From the NCBI GenBank assembly GCA_045047305.1, contig JASFYO010000004.1:16365-80364 (forward strand): a DNA stretch of 64,000 bases, in the 5' to 3' direction. The notes beneath the pieces were generated by a model. That model searched no databases, was not told where the DNA came from, and was given only the letters and a program-made list of their open reading frames with translations. Of this stretch, positions 1 through 10,023 are shown one piece after another. Source of the DNA: Planctomycetota bacterium. GTDB taxonomy: Bacteria > Planctomycetota > UBA1135. The position numbers and the translations under genes are program-made. Position 1 is the stretch's first letter. Each line of letters opens with the position of its first letter.

Positions 1-315
1 CAGGACTTTACATCGACTCAGGTCGTCGCTGGCACAGCTACTGCCCCCACCATTCTGTTTGTATTCCCTGCTGAGGGTCAAACTCTCGACCCAGTCCTAA
101 TCGTAGGCACCAACTTTGGCGACCTGCCGATTCCCTTCTTTGGTTTCATCCCTTCGGCTCCTCTGTTCCTCTTCAACACCCCGCGGCTCCCTGTCCTTGG
201 GCAGCTTTCTGTGATGGTTACGGGTGTCCCACCAACCTTCTTTCCGGGCAGGGTCGGCCTCACGGTTCTGGCGAACTTCCAGAGTAGTAATGCAGTGAAC
301 TTCCGCATTTTGTAA
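1..315 (+). CDS. 3' end of a probable secreted protein with an IPT/TIG-like Ig-fold C-terminus (partial, 5' end outside the window)
   Basis: Frame +1 is open from base 1 to TAA at 313-315: ...APTILFVFPAEGQTLDPVLIVGTNFG...GRVGLTVLANFQSSNAVNFRIL*. The P-x-I...P..G....V.I.G.NFG and terminal SN.V.F pattern resemble IPT/TIG domains. Not in the ORF track. Confidence 0.6.
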   Translation, partial: QDFTSTQVVAGTATAPTILFVFPAEGQTLDPVLIVGTNFGDLPIPFFGFIPSAPLFLFNTPRLPVLGQLSVMVTGVPPTFFPGRVGLTVLANFQSSNAVNFRIL

Positions 316-436
316 TCTTATATACACTGCGGTTTACACTGCAATTTCGCAGAAAACCCGCAAGCTAGGCTATAACCCGCGCTGCCATCCTCACTTTTGG
401 GGATGGTCCTCCCACAACCACGCATTCATCCCAAAC

Positions 437-2116
437 ATGCGCAAAACACTTGCGATTCTTGCTGGATTACTTCTAGCGTCCACCGCCTTTGGCCAAACAC
501 CAACTTCTGATTTGGTCTTCTACCAGGGCGATTCCGTTCTCAACGACTGGGGCATCTGGCGTCACTCCGACCTAGATAACGATGGACTCTTTCTCGATCC
601 GAGCGAAATGTTCACTTTTGGTTTTGATAACCAAATCCAGATTACCTATGTGCAAGATTTGCGCTACCGCAACGAAGGTGGCACTGATTTCATGTACGTG
701 ATTGCAACCAACGACATGGTGCTTCGCTTGCAAGATCTCGATGGCGATGGATCTGCAGATGGCCCCGGCGAAATCATCGAGTGGGCCGACACCCGTGCAG
801 GTGGTGGATTCAGCAACACCTCGCCAGATGCTTTGGATTACGATCCACTCACTGGCACCATGTATGTCACCGATGACAATTTCAGCTTTGGCCCACAGCC
901 TGGCACTGGAATCCACGCTTACACCGACCTCAACTCCGATGGCAATGCCAATGGGGTTGGCGAGTTTGTGCAGTTCGTAGATGGCAACCTCCCCATCACT
1001 GTTGCGGGTACCGCTGGCCCAGTAGCCATCGACGCCGGTGACTTCGAAGGCATCATGTTTGACTCCACCAACGGTGTAGTCATCAGCTTTGCGCAACAAG
1101 ATGTCATGCTCTACGCATTCCAGGACCTTAACGGTGATGGCGATGCAAACGATGCGGGCGAAGCTTGGAACTTCTGTAACTTGGTTGGTGATGTCGCCGG
1201 CCTCGAGCTCAACGCAGACGTCGCTTCTGGCACCCTAGTCAACCCTAGTTGTCCATCCTCCAGCGGGGTTGGCCTCTTTGGCTCCCTAGAAGTACTCGAC
1301 TTCGCACCAGGCGCAGGCCCACTAGGTGAAGACGTTTACTGGATTATGTCCACCGCAGCCAACGCCTCCTGCACCGGCGCAGGTGGATTGCTGTTCCGCG
1401 GCATCGACCTCAACGGCGACCTCGACCTCAACGATGCGGGCGAAGTCACCCTCTACCTTGATGGCCCGAACGGATCTCTTGGCATTCCTGCCATGTATGG
1501 TGGCGCCAACCACGATAACGGTTACTCGGTTCGCGCATCGGGAGGCAACGTGTACTTCCTCTACGACCTCAACGGTGACGGCGATGCAGAGGACGCCGGT
1601 GAGCAAACTCTAACTGGTATCGATGCACTCGGTCACTTTGTTGGTGAAATGGAAGCCCTGCCAGCAGGCGCATTCCCGCTGCCAGCAACTGGCTTCTTTA
1701 ACACCTTCGGCACCGGTGGAACTTCTTCCGCAGGCTTGGTCCCATCGATTGGCAACGTAGGCTTCCCGACCCCAGGGCTCAGCTTCGATGTCACCGTAGA
1801 CAACGCCCTTCCGTTCCTACCAGTCACCTTGTACTTGGGCTTCTCCAACACTTCTTGGAACCGTCCACCAAACATTGTGCTCCCGTTCGACATGACCGGC
1901 ATTGGCGCTCCAGGCAACACCTTGTACGTTGCAGGTAACTTCCTGTTCAGCGGCACTGCAGATGCTGCTGGCTCCGCGAGCCTCACCATGAACGTGCCTA
2001 ACGATCCAACCCTGGTTGGTCGCGACATCTACGTTCAGTGGTACTGCACCGACCTCGTCGTCAACCCACGTGGTGTGACGATGTCGAATGCTGCCCACAC
2101 TCAGGTAGTTCAGTAA
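437..2116 (+). CDS. Secreted repeat protein with six DxDxDG-type Ca-binding loops (probable beta-propeller) and a C-terminal beta-rich domain
   Basis: Signal peptide MRKTLAILAGLLLASTAFG; repeats DLDNDG, DLDGDG, DLNSDG, DLNGDG, DLNGDL, DLNGDG, mostly followed by A/L-x-x-x-GE; 559 aa. Confidence 0.75.
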   Translation: MRKTLAILAGLLLASTAFGQTPTSDLVFYQGDSVLNDWGIWRHSDLDNDGLFLDPSEMFTFGFDNQIQITYVQDLRYRNEGGTDFMYVIATNDMVLRLQDLDGDGSADGPGEIIEWADTRAGGGFSNTSPDALDYDPLTGTMYVTDDNFSFGPQPGTGIHAYTDLNSDGNANGVGEFVQFVDGNLPITVAGTAGPVAIDAGDFEGIMFDSTNGVVISFAQQDVMLYAFQDLNGDGDANDAGEAWNFCNLVGDVAGLELNADVASGTLVNPSCPSSSGVGLFGSLEVLDFAPGAGPLGEDVYWIMSTAANASCTGAGGLLFRGIDLNGDLDLNDAGEVTLYLDGPNGSLGIPAMYGGANHDNGYSVRASGGNVYFLYDLNGDGDAEDAGEQTLTGIDALGHFVGEMEALPAGAFPLPATGFFNTFGTGGTSSAGLVPSIGNVGFPTPGLSFDVTVDNALPFLPVTLYLGFSNTSWNRPPNIVLPFDMTGIGAPGNTLYVAGNFLFSGTADAAGSASLTMNVPNDPTLVGRDIYVQWYCTDLVVNPRGVTMSNAAHTQVVQ

Positions 2117-2148
2117 TAATACGTTCCGGCCTTGCCGGCATACGTCTC

Positions 2149-2183
2149 CAGGAGGGGGCCCATCCCGGGTCCTCTCCTGTTTT
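2149..2183 (+). terminator. Probable intrinsic terminator
   Basis: CAGGAGGGGGCCC-ATCC-GGGTCCTCTCCTG stem (with G-U pairs) followed by TTTT, about 30 nt after the stop of 437..2116. Confidence 0.55.
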
Positions 2184-2189
2184 CAAATC

Positions 2190-3719
2190 ATGATCGCCAC
2201 TCTTCTACTTAGCCTCCTCGCACCCTGCCAACAGCTCGATGCCCTAGAGGACACACTGCGTGCTGCAACGGACAAATCATCCTATGAAAAGGGTGCTTAC
2301 AGCGCTGCTCGCGAACTTGCAGACCTACGAAGTGAAGAGGCGATGGAGTTGCGGATTGATTTATTCGATGAAAAGCTGGACACCTACAAAGGGGTGTATC
2401 TACGCGATTGGTTTTTTAGCGGTTATCTAAAGTCGAATTCGCAGGAAGAAGCAGACCTCATGGCTGAGGCTGCCGCCAATAAAAAGGAAAGTGATTGGCA
2501 TAGGATCATTTTGTTGCACGGCCTTGAACGTTGCAGGGCTACGGCCTCGGCAAAGACACTTCTGCAGAAGTCTTTCTTGAAAGCTCCTATGCAGGTGCGA
2601 CGCGCATGGGCGAGCGCCTTAAGCGCCATGCTGGTGGAAAAGCGACTGGACTTTTCCAGTGTCAAGTTACGCAAGGGAGAAACCGCCGAAGGATTAATAC
2701 GCAAACGCCTACTCGAATGCGGTGTTGCCGATGGCTATCTACTTTTGGACCCTCTCGGCACCGACGCCACCCTCGCCCTATCCAAACTCGCCACTGACGC
2801 CAAGAATGCTGGTGATCGTGCCATGGCTATCCGTGCTTTAGGTGCCCACCCCAACGCATGGCCACAACTAGAATTCGCGATGCCACAAGTCTTCGCGCGA
2901 CGCGATTGCGGGCCTCGGACTGCGTTGCTCGAAACTGCGGTTGCGAACCACATTTTTGAATTAACGCCGAAACTAATCCTCGCGCTCAAGGAGGAGGCCA
3001 AGCATACCCCAAACCGATTCACAGCGGACATCGGTGCCACCTTACGCGCACTCACTGGCCAGGGCTTTGGTGACTCTCCAAAAATGTGGCAACAGTGGTA
3101 CCAACATGATGGAGCTGCGTGGCTAGAGAAGGTCCGCGCCAACCCCAGTGATGCCGTAACAAAACTTGAGCGGCGAGACCGCGATACCGTCGCGCGGTTT
3201 TTTGGGTTAGCCGTTGAAACCTCCAACGTCGTGGTCATTGTGGACGGCTCCGGCAGCATGAGTATCAACAAACTTGGCGAGCTGAGCTGTGCATCGGCCG
3301 CGGCGGTGGAGTCTGGCAAGTTCTTAGAGCAACTGCCCAAGGAGTCTCTGTTTCAAGTCATTGTGGTGGAAGAGAAGCCTATTCTTGGCTTTAAGAAACT
3401 CATGCCAGCGACCAAAGGCAACCGCGCCAAAGCGGTGAAGTTCCTCAACAGTCGCCCCTACCGTGGCGCGTCGGCCTTAATGGAAGCCTTTGAGGCTGCA
3501 ACAACCGACCCACTTGTGGACACCATCATCCTGGTTTCCGATGGCGGCAGTTCAGCCGGGAAACATCAGTACAAAGGGCATATGCTCGATTTCGCAACGC
3601 GATTGCACTTACGCACTGGCGTTCGCTTCCATTCTGTTCTCGTGACCGACAGCGACAAACATGAAAGCTTCATGCGCGACCTGGCGGAATCAACGGGAGG
3701 TAGGATGGTTCGCCCCTGA
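2190..3719 (+). CDS. Secreted HEAT-repeat-like / von Willebrand factor A domain protein
   Basis: N-terminal hydrophobic signal; helical repeats ending in LRALTGQGFG..W..W; C-terminal vWA with MIDAS motif VDGSGSM and ILVSDG. Confidence 0.75.
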   Translation: MIATLLLSLLAPCQQLDALEDTLRAATDKSSYEKGAYSAARELADLRSEEAMELRIDLFDEKLDTYKGVYLRDWFFSGYLKSNSQEEADLMAEAAANKKESDWHRIILLHGLERCRATASAKTLLQKSFLKAPMQVRRAWASALSAMLVEKRLDFSSVKLRKGETAEGLIRKRLLECGVADGYLLLDPLGTDATLALSKLATDAKNAGDRAMAIRALGAHPNAWPQLEFAMPQVFARRDCGPRTALLETAVANHIFELTPKLILALKEEAKHTPNRFTADIGATLRALTGQGFGDSPKMWQQWYQHDGAAWLEKVRANPSDAVTKLERRDRDTVARFFGLAVETSNVVVIVDGSGSMSINKLGELSCASAAAVESGKFLEQLPKESLFQVIVVEEKPILGFKKLMPATKGNRAKAVKFLNSRPYRGASALMEAFEAATTDPLVDTIILVSDGGSSAGKHQYKGHMLDFATRLHLRTGVRFHSVLVTDSDKHESFMRDLAESTGGRMVRP

Positions 3720-3743
3720 CTTTCACTAACTCCCCCCTTCTGC

Positions 3744-5567
3744 ATGAAACCCCTTCTTCTTCTTGCACTCCTCGCCGGCATGTTCTCCATGCCAGCAGGT
3801 ACCGGTTCGTTTGAAATCTACTTCATTGATACCGGCCAATCTGATTCCACCCTCCTGATTTCCCCTACCGGACAAACCTTCCTATTCGATGGCGGCGATA
3901 ACGGCGACGGCAGCAACGATGTCGTGCCACTACTCAACTCCCTGGGCATCACCCATTTAGATTACGTCGGAGTGAGTCATTACCACGCGGATCACTTAGG
4001 CGGATTAGATGAAATATGGAATGCTGGTATCACGGCAACCATCGCTCTCGACCGCGGATTCAACAACCTGCCAACCACGCAGTCTTACAATGATTACGCA
4101 AATCGTTATGCCTCTGTTCGCCAAATGGCTACCCCGGGACAGGTCATCAATTTAGGCGGTGGGGTCACTCTGACTTGCATGGTGCGCGAAGGCGACCTGA
4201 TTGGCGGTGGCTCGATAAACATCTCCAGTAGTTCGCAATGGGAGAATAGCTCCAGCGTCGGCTGGAAGGTGGAGTACGGCGACTTCGATATGTGGATGGG
4301 CGGCGACCTAACCGGTGGCGGCAATGGCACCACGAATGTGGAATCTAGTTTGGCCCCACTGGTTGGAAACGTCGATGTGTACCAGGCCAACCACCACGGT
4401 TCGCGCACCTCATCGAACAGCACCTGGGTGAATACGCTGAGCCCAGAGTTCACCGTAGTTCCTTGCGGTAGTTCGAACCCTTATGGCTATCCAAAGCAGG
4501 AAGTCGTCAACCGCTTGAATTCCACGACCAACATGCGGCCAGTATGGTGCCCAACGGATGGCGTGGGTACAGAAGGTTTCGTCGACGCCGGTGGCACCAT
4601 TCACCTCATCACAGATGGCAATACTTACACGGTTACTGCCAACGATGGCACCGCATTCACTTTATCCGTAGATGAACAAGCACCTGCGATTCCATTGGCC
4701 GGTGAATTAGTCGTTTCAGAATTCCATCGCGACCCAAGCGCAACCAGCGACACGGACGGCGAATGGGTTGAGATTGCAGGAACCCGTAACGGTCCCGTGT
4801 CACTCGATAACGTAAAGCTGAAAGACTTCGGCAGCAACAACCTCACCTTTGGCGCCCCAGTCTTGCTCGATCAAGGTGAGTTCATGGTGATTGCCGCGGA
4901 TGGGGTGCGCGGGCGCAACGGTGGATTACGCCCGCAGATGGTTTGGCCGACGGTCGGCTTCTCGATGATGAACGGCAACGACACCGTGGCGCTGGAATAT
5001 GGGTCCACCACATTGGACCGCGTGGATTACACCAGCAGTTGGCCTGGCGGCACTGGCATTGCTGCCGAACGTAAAGATTTGCTCGGCCCTGCGACCCTAA
5101 ACAACTTTGCCGCTGCCATCAGCAACTTCGGTAACGGCGACAAGGGCACCCCTGGCGCGGTCAATGATGCCGATACCACCGTTTTTAGCGGTGGCGGCAG
5201 TGGCCCACTCGACATAACTGTGATTTTGCCGCCAGTAATTGGGCAGTTGTTCCAAATGGAGTGGAGTGCACCTGGAGAAGCTGGAGCTTTCTACCAAGGG
5301 TTCATCTCCTTCGGCACTTCCCCCGGGTACGACATCAATGGCACCAATATCCCAGCGAATCAAGACCGTGCATGGAACATCACTTCTAGCTTCGCGGGTT
5401 GGTCTGGCATTGTGCCTGTCGGAGAAACCGTCACCGTGTTTGCGAATTTACCCAACAATCCTAGCCTCCACAACACCATCATCTACGGGGTTTTCTATAC
5501 CTATGACAACGCCGGTTCGGTGGTTGTACGTAAGGTGTCGTTGCCTTCGTTCATGGTTATTACGTGA
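3744..5567 (+). CDS. Secreted ComEC/Rec2-like metallo-beta-lactamase-fold hydrolase with lamin-tail domain and C-terminal domain
   Basis: IDTGQSDSTL, SHYHADHLGG (HxHxDH), GGDL, NHHGS, NPYGYP; LTD signature LVVSEF...DGEWVEI; signal peptide. Confidence 0.8.
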   Translation: MKPLLLLALLAGMFSMPAGTGSFEIYFIDTGQSDSTLLISPTGQTFLFDGGDNGDGSNDVVPLLNSLGITHLDYVGVSHYHADHLGGLDEIWNAGITATIALDRGFNNLPTTQSYNDYANRYASVRQMATPGQVINLGGGVTLTCMVREGDLIGGGSINISSSSQWENSSSVGWKVEYGDFDMWMGGDLTGGGNGTTNVESSLAPLVGNVDVYQANHHGSRTSSNSTWVNTLSPEFTVVPCGSSNPYGYPKQEVVNRLNSTTNMRPVWCPTDGVGTEGFVDAGGTIHLITDGNTYTVTANDGTAFTLSVDEQAPAIPLAGELVVSEFHRDPSATSDTDGEWVEIAGTRNGPVSLDNVKLKDFGSNNLTFGAPVLLDQGEFMVIAADGVRGRNGGLRPQMVWPTVGFSMMNGNDTVALEYGSTTLDRVDYTSSWPGGTGIAAERKDLLGPATLNNFAAAISNFGNGDKGTPGAVNDADTTVFSGGGSGPLDITVILPPVIGQLFQMEWSAPGEAGAFYQGFISFGTSPGYDINGTNIPANQDRAWNITSSFAGWSGIVPVGETVTVFANLPNNPSLHNTIIYGVFYTYDNAGSVVVRKVSLPSFMVIT

Positions 5568-5633
5568 ACGGCTTGGGGCAGGCCCGCAAATTTTGGCGCT
5601 CCTAACACTTTCATCCATGAGCCGGATGTCGCG

Positions 5634-7775
5634 TTAGGGGCGCCGATTCGTTTCAATCAGCTTCAAGCTAACCCGCGCATCCAAGACGCAGGAGCCTTTA
5701 CCCTTCCACCCTGCTAAGAATGGATTCAAATCCAGTTCCTCGATCTCAGGGAAGTCAGAGAGCATGCGGCTGAGGCGGAGCAAAATCTCGACCAGCTCTG
5801 CCTTATTCACCGGCGGCTTTCCACGTGCCCCTTCCAGCATGGCCTTGGCACGAATGCCTGCAACCATTTCTTCAGCGTCGGTTTTGGTGAGTGGATGCAA
5901 ACGAAAAACCACGTCCTTGAACACCTCAACATGCACTCCGCCTAAACCGAAGGCCAGCATGCGCCCAAACTGTGGATCGGTTGCTGCGCCAAAGAAAGTC
6001 TCAACGCCATCGGAACGCATCGATTGCAGCAACAACTGCATGCCTGGGAATTCCTTGGAGAAGAGTTGGTCGAGGTTGTCGTAAACGTCGAGCAATTCTT
6101 CACGATCGCGAATACCCACAACCACTCCACCGCGATCTGATTTATGCACCAGGCCTTCCGCCTCCACCTTTACCACCATCGGAAAGCCGAGCGTGCGAGC
6201 AGCGGCCAGAGCCTCTTCACGCGAGCTCACAATGCAGCTCGGGACCATGGGGATACCATAAGCTGAAAGCAAAGTATCCACTTCATCGCCATGCAACATC
6301 TGTCGCCCTTCCGCAATCGCAACGTCGACCGCAGCTCTTGCCTTGGCTCGCTGCACCCGAAACGATGGCGCCTTTACAATTTTCCGCGTGCGTAACTCCT
6401 GCAACCGAGTCAACCCGGCAAGCGCAAAGGCCGCTTCCTCTGGGAATCGATAGTTCGGTACTCCTGCATCGCGCAAAATCTCACGCGCCCGGTTCCCTTC
6501 CGACTTTCCAAGCAAACAGGCGATTAATGGCTTGTCACTGGCCGCAGCATGCTTTGCAAATATGCGCGCAACCGCAGCGGAATCAATCATGACTGGCGAG
6601 ACGAAAATCGCCAAAACCAAATCGATGTTCTTATCGTGTACGACAGCATCTAAGGCTAAATCGAAACGCTCTGCGTCAGCACTTGCAATCAAGTCGACTG
6701 GATTCACGCTCGATGCTTCTGGCGGCAACCCCTTCTTCAAGCGCTTCTGGGTTGCCAGCGCCAAGTCTGGGAGTTCCAAGCCATGCGCGACGCAAGCGTC
6801 AGTAGCGAGAATGGCTGGGCCACCAGCATTGGTGACGATACCGACACGCCTTCCTTTCGGGCGCTTTCCAGTTTGTACTGCTCCTGCAAGTGCAAACAAA
6901 TCCTTCATCGTGTCGACGCGTAATACCCCACACTGATTGAACAAGGAATCGACTGCAGCTTCACTACCGGCAAGCGATCCGGTGTGAGAAATTGCCGCTT
7001 TCGCTCCCTGTGCGCTGCGCCCGGACTTTACCACTAGAATTGGTTTCCGCGATGCAACTTCCCGTGCGACACGCATGAAGCGCTCCGGCTCACCAAAGGC
7101 CTCAAGGTACATCAACACTTGTTCGGTGTTGGGGTCTTGATCCCAGTATTCCAAGAGATCGCTTGGGGAAACGTCGGCGCGATTGCCCACGCTGGCAAAC
7201 ATGCTAATGCCAATTCCAAGTTCACGGGCGTCAGAAAGGATCGCCTCTCCAAGAGCGCCGGATTGGGATAAGAAAGCTGCGCCACCTGGAGTTGGAGTTG
7301 CGCTAGCAAAGGAGGCGTTCATCGAAACCGTGACCTCGGTATTTAGAATACCCATGCAGTTAGGTCCGATCATGCGCATGCCATGCTTTTTGCAAATTGA
7401 GATCAACTGATTCTGACGTTCTGTCCCTTCTCCTCCAACCTCCGAAAACCCGGCGGTGATGACAACTAAACCTTTCACACCTTTACGCCCACAGTCACGC
7501 GCGGCTTCCAGAACCAGCGCTGCCGGCACGGTGATAATCGCGAGGTCCACCGGGTCCGGAATCACCGAGACCTTGCGATAACAGTGCATGCTGTACACCA
7601 CTTTCGCCTTTGGGTTCACTGGATAAACGGGGCCCTGAAAACCGCCTTCCACCAAGTTGCGCACAATCTCATGCCCAATCTGATAACGCTTGCGGCTCGC
7701 TCCAATCACCGCGACGGAACGCGGGCGGAACAGGGAATCTAAGGAATGGTTTTTAGTTTTGTTCACGGAGAACAT
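5634..7775 (-). CDS. ADP-forming acyl-CoA (acetate-CoA) ligase, fused alpha/beta
   Basis: CoA-binding SVAVIGAS, GPNCMG, SQSGAL, phospho-His motif SHTGSLAG, C-terminal ATP-grasp (HKSDRGGV, ELDLNP). Confidence 0.9.
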   Translation of the reverse strand: MFSVNKTKNHSLDSLFRPRSVAVIGASRKRYQIGHEIVRNLVEGGFQGPVYPVNPKAKVVYSMHCYRKVSVIPDPVDLAIITVPAALVLEAARDCGRKGVKGLVVITAGFSEVGGEGTERQNQLISICKKHGMRMIGPNCMGILNTEVTVSMNASFASATPTPGGAAFLSQSGALGEAILSDARELGIGISMFASVGNRADVSPSDLLEYWDQDPNTEQVLMYLEAFGEPERFMRVAREVASRKPILVVKSGRSAQGAKAAISHTGSLAGSEAAVDSLFNQCGVLRVDTMKDLFALAGAVQTGKRPKGRRVGIVTNAGGPAILATDACVAHGLELPDLALATQKRLKKGLPPEASSVNPVDLIASADAERFDLALDAVVHDKNIDLVLAIFVSPVMIDSAAVARIFAKHAAASDKPLIACLLGKSEGNRAREILRDAGVPNYRFPEEAAFALAGLTRLQELRTRKIVKAPSFRVQRAKARAAVDVAIAEGRQMLHGDEVDTLLSAYGIPMVPSCIVSSREEALAAARTLGFPMVVKVEAEGLVHKSDRGGVVVGIRDREELLDVYDNLDQLFSKEFPGMQLLLQSMRSDGVETFFGAATDPQFGRMLAFGLGGVHVEVFKDVVFRLHPLTKTDAEEMVAGIRAKAMLEGARGKPPVNKAELVEILLRLSRMLSDFPEIEELDLNPFLAGWKGKGSCVLDARVSLKLIETNRRP

Positions 7776-8391
7776 CCTCCATGTGTCGAGCGAGTGATGC
7801 GCGCACTAAGGAAAAATCCGGGGCCTCTCCATCGCTTTGCTGCGCCATGGTGGTCATGAGGTCGGGTTCCATGCCGCAAGGATCGAAGCGTCGAAACCAG
7901 GAAAGGTCGGTGTCGACATTTAGCGCCACACCGTGGTAAGTCGTCCATCGACGCACGGCTACGCCAATGCTCGCGACTTTCTTATGATTGATCCAGCAAC
8001 CCGTATTGCGGTCATCGCGGCCACCGCTTAAACCAAAATCACCAACGCAGCGGATTAATGCTTCTTCCAATGCATGCAGGTAAGCATGAAGGTCGCGAGC
8101 GCCCTCTTCCAGTTGGATCAAAGGATAGGCCACCAGTTGGCCAGGACCATGGAAGGTCGCTTTGCCGCCGCGCGCAATTTCATACACAGGCAATCCGATA
8201 GCGCTGTACATCGCGGCCTGCCCCCCACGTCCGACGGTAAGGACTGGATCGAATTCCGCAATCAAAAGCTGATCGGGAGCATCGCCGCGCACGATTGCAT
8301 CGACGCGCTCCATCATCAAAGCGTCCACTGTGCCGTAATCCGTCCGCCCGAGGTCGTGAACCTCAAACTCGGATGAACGGCTAAAGCGCAT
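7753..8391 (-). CDS. lipB: Lipoyl(octanoyl) transferase
   Basis: RGGKATFHGPGQLVAYP, KVASIGVAV, HGVALNV, PCG motifs. Confidence 0.93.
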   Translation of the reverse strand: MRFSRSSEFEVHDLGRTDYGTVDALMMERVDAIVRGDAPDQLLIAEFDPVLTVGRGGQAAMYSAIGLPVYEIARGGKATFHGPGQLVAYPLIQLEEGARDLHAYLHALEEALIRCVGDFGLSGGRDDRNTGCWINHKKVASIGVAVRRWTTYHGVALNVDTDLSWFRRFDPCGMEPDLMTTMAQQSDGEAPDFSLVRASLARHMEDVLREQN

Positions 8392-8402
8392 GAATCTCAG
8401 AC

Positions 8403-9815
8403 CTACTTCTTTTTCGCGGCCATCGCATGCGGCGACATTCCGTGTACATCTTCACAAGCTTCCATGAACACTTCGGAAAGTGTTGGGTGCGGGTGAATGG
8501 TCATCGCAATGTCTTCCACCGTAAGACCACCTTCAATCGCAAGGGAGCCCTCGGTAATCATGTCGGTTACGTTTGGCCCAACCATGTGCACACCGAGAAC
8601 GGTGTCGTCTTTGGCGTCGGCAATCACTTTGACTAAGCCATCTGTCGCATGCATGGACATCGCACGTCCATTCGCGCCAAAGTTAAAGCGGCCAACCTTG
8701 TAATCGATCCCCTTCTCTTTACAGTCAGCCTCGCTAAGCCCGGTAGTTGCGATTTCAGGGTCAGTGAAAATCACGCCAGGAACGATTTCAGGATCGTAAG
8801 CTACGCCGGGCTGACGCGCAATCGCACCAGCAGCGACCAAGCCTTGAGCACTACCCTTATGCGCCAACATTGGGCCAAGAGTAATGTCGCCGACTGCGTA
8901 AACATGTGGAGTCTTAGTGCAACATTGCGCATCGACCTCAATAAATCCGCGCTTGTCGGTTTTGACTCCAACCTTGTCCAAGCCAATATTGCTCGTGACC
9001 GGGCGGCGCCCCACCGTCAGCAGAATGACGTCGGCCTCGAAAGTTTGTTCCTTGCCATTCACTTCGGCAACGACCTCGACTCCGCTTCCCTTCTTCTTCC
9101 AGCTCTTGGCTGCAGACTTCAGGTGAATTTTCATGCCGGCTTTCTTCGCTTTGCGCGCCACAACCTTGACCAGTTCCGGGTCGGTGCCAGGAAGGATCTG
9201 ATCCATGAACTCCACCACGGTGACCTCACAGCCGACCTGCTGGTAGAACATGCCGAGCTCCATGCCAATCACGCCGCCGCCAATCACGAACAGCTTCTTC
9301 GGCAAAGTCTTCGGCTCAAGCGCATCGGTGCTCGACCAAACCTGTTCAGAAAATTCAAAGCCAGGAATCGGCGAAGGCTCACTGCCGGTGGCAATCACAA
9401 TGTCGTTGCACTTGATTTCCACTTTGCCATCCACGGTATCGACTGTGACAGTGTTCGGGTTCACAATCGTACCCTTGCCTTTCACCCACTCAATGTTGCG
9501 GTTCTTGAACAACATGCCAATGCCGCCGGTTAGCTTCTTGACGATGCCCGCCTTCCATGCGATGAGCTTGGAAAGGTCTAACTTTGGGGTTTCTACGGTA
9601 AAGCCCATATCCGCTGCGTGCTTGGTGGACTCAACAAAGTGAGCCGCAGAGATCAACGCTTTCGAGGGGATACAACCCACGTTAAGGCAGGTGCCGCCGA
9701 GGTTATCGAACTCGACACAAACGACTTTCTTACCGAGGTCGGCAGCGCGAATGGCACAAATGTACCCGGCTGGACCGGAACCCAGCACTACGATATCGGT
9801 TTGGATTTTCGTCAT
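8403..9815 (-). CDS. lpdA: Dihydrolipoyl dehydrogenase (E3)
   Basis: GSGPAG FAD motif, redox disulfide GGTCLNVGCIPSK, GGGVIG NAD motif, HPHPTLSE. Confidence 0.96.
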   Translation of the reverse strand: MTKIQTDIVVLGSGPAGYICAIRAADLGKKVVCVEFDNLGGTCLNVGCIPSKALISAAHFVESTKHAADMGFTVETPKLDLSKLIAWKAGIVKKLTGGIGMLFKNRNIEWVKGKGTIVNPNTVTVDTVDGKVEIKCNDIVIATGSEPSPIPGFEFSEQVWSSTDALEPKTLPKKLFVIGGGVIGMELGMFYQQVGCEVTVVEFMDQILPGTDPELVKVVARKAKKAGMKIHLKSAAKSWKKKGSGVEVVAEVNGKEQTFEADVILLTVGRRPVTSNIGLDKVGVKTDKRGFIEVDAQCCTKTPHVYAVGDITLGPMLAHKGSAQGLVAAGAIARQPGVAYDPEIVPGVIFTDPEIATTGLSEADCKEKGIDYKVGRFNFGANGRAMSMHATDGLVKVIADAKDDTVLGVHMVGPNVTDMITEGSLAIEGGLTVEDIAMTIHPHPTLSEVFMEACEDVHGMSPHAMAAKKK

Positions 9816-9882
9816 GGTAGGACTCTAATTAGCTCTGATTTGCCTATTTTCCAGGGGTGAATGTCCCTTGGATTGACCGAGC

Positions 9883-9888
9883 ATTATA
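9883..9888 (-). promoter_or_regulatory. Candidate -10 element (TATAAT) for lpdA-lipB-ligase
   Basis: ATTATA on + strand about 70 nt upstream of the lpdA start; a TTGAGG-N13-CCTCAA inverted repeat (9893-9917) overlaps the expected -35 region. Confidence 0.4.
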
Positions 9889-10023
9889 GAGCTTGAGGCC
9901 TACTTCCACGACCTCAATGCGCGCGAGCACAAGGAATCTGTAAAAAATCCATGCTCCTCTGTGATGATTGCACCTAACTCGAATCTCGCCCCAATCCAAA
10001 GGCCGTCCTGGGGTGTGCTCAAC

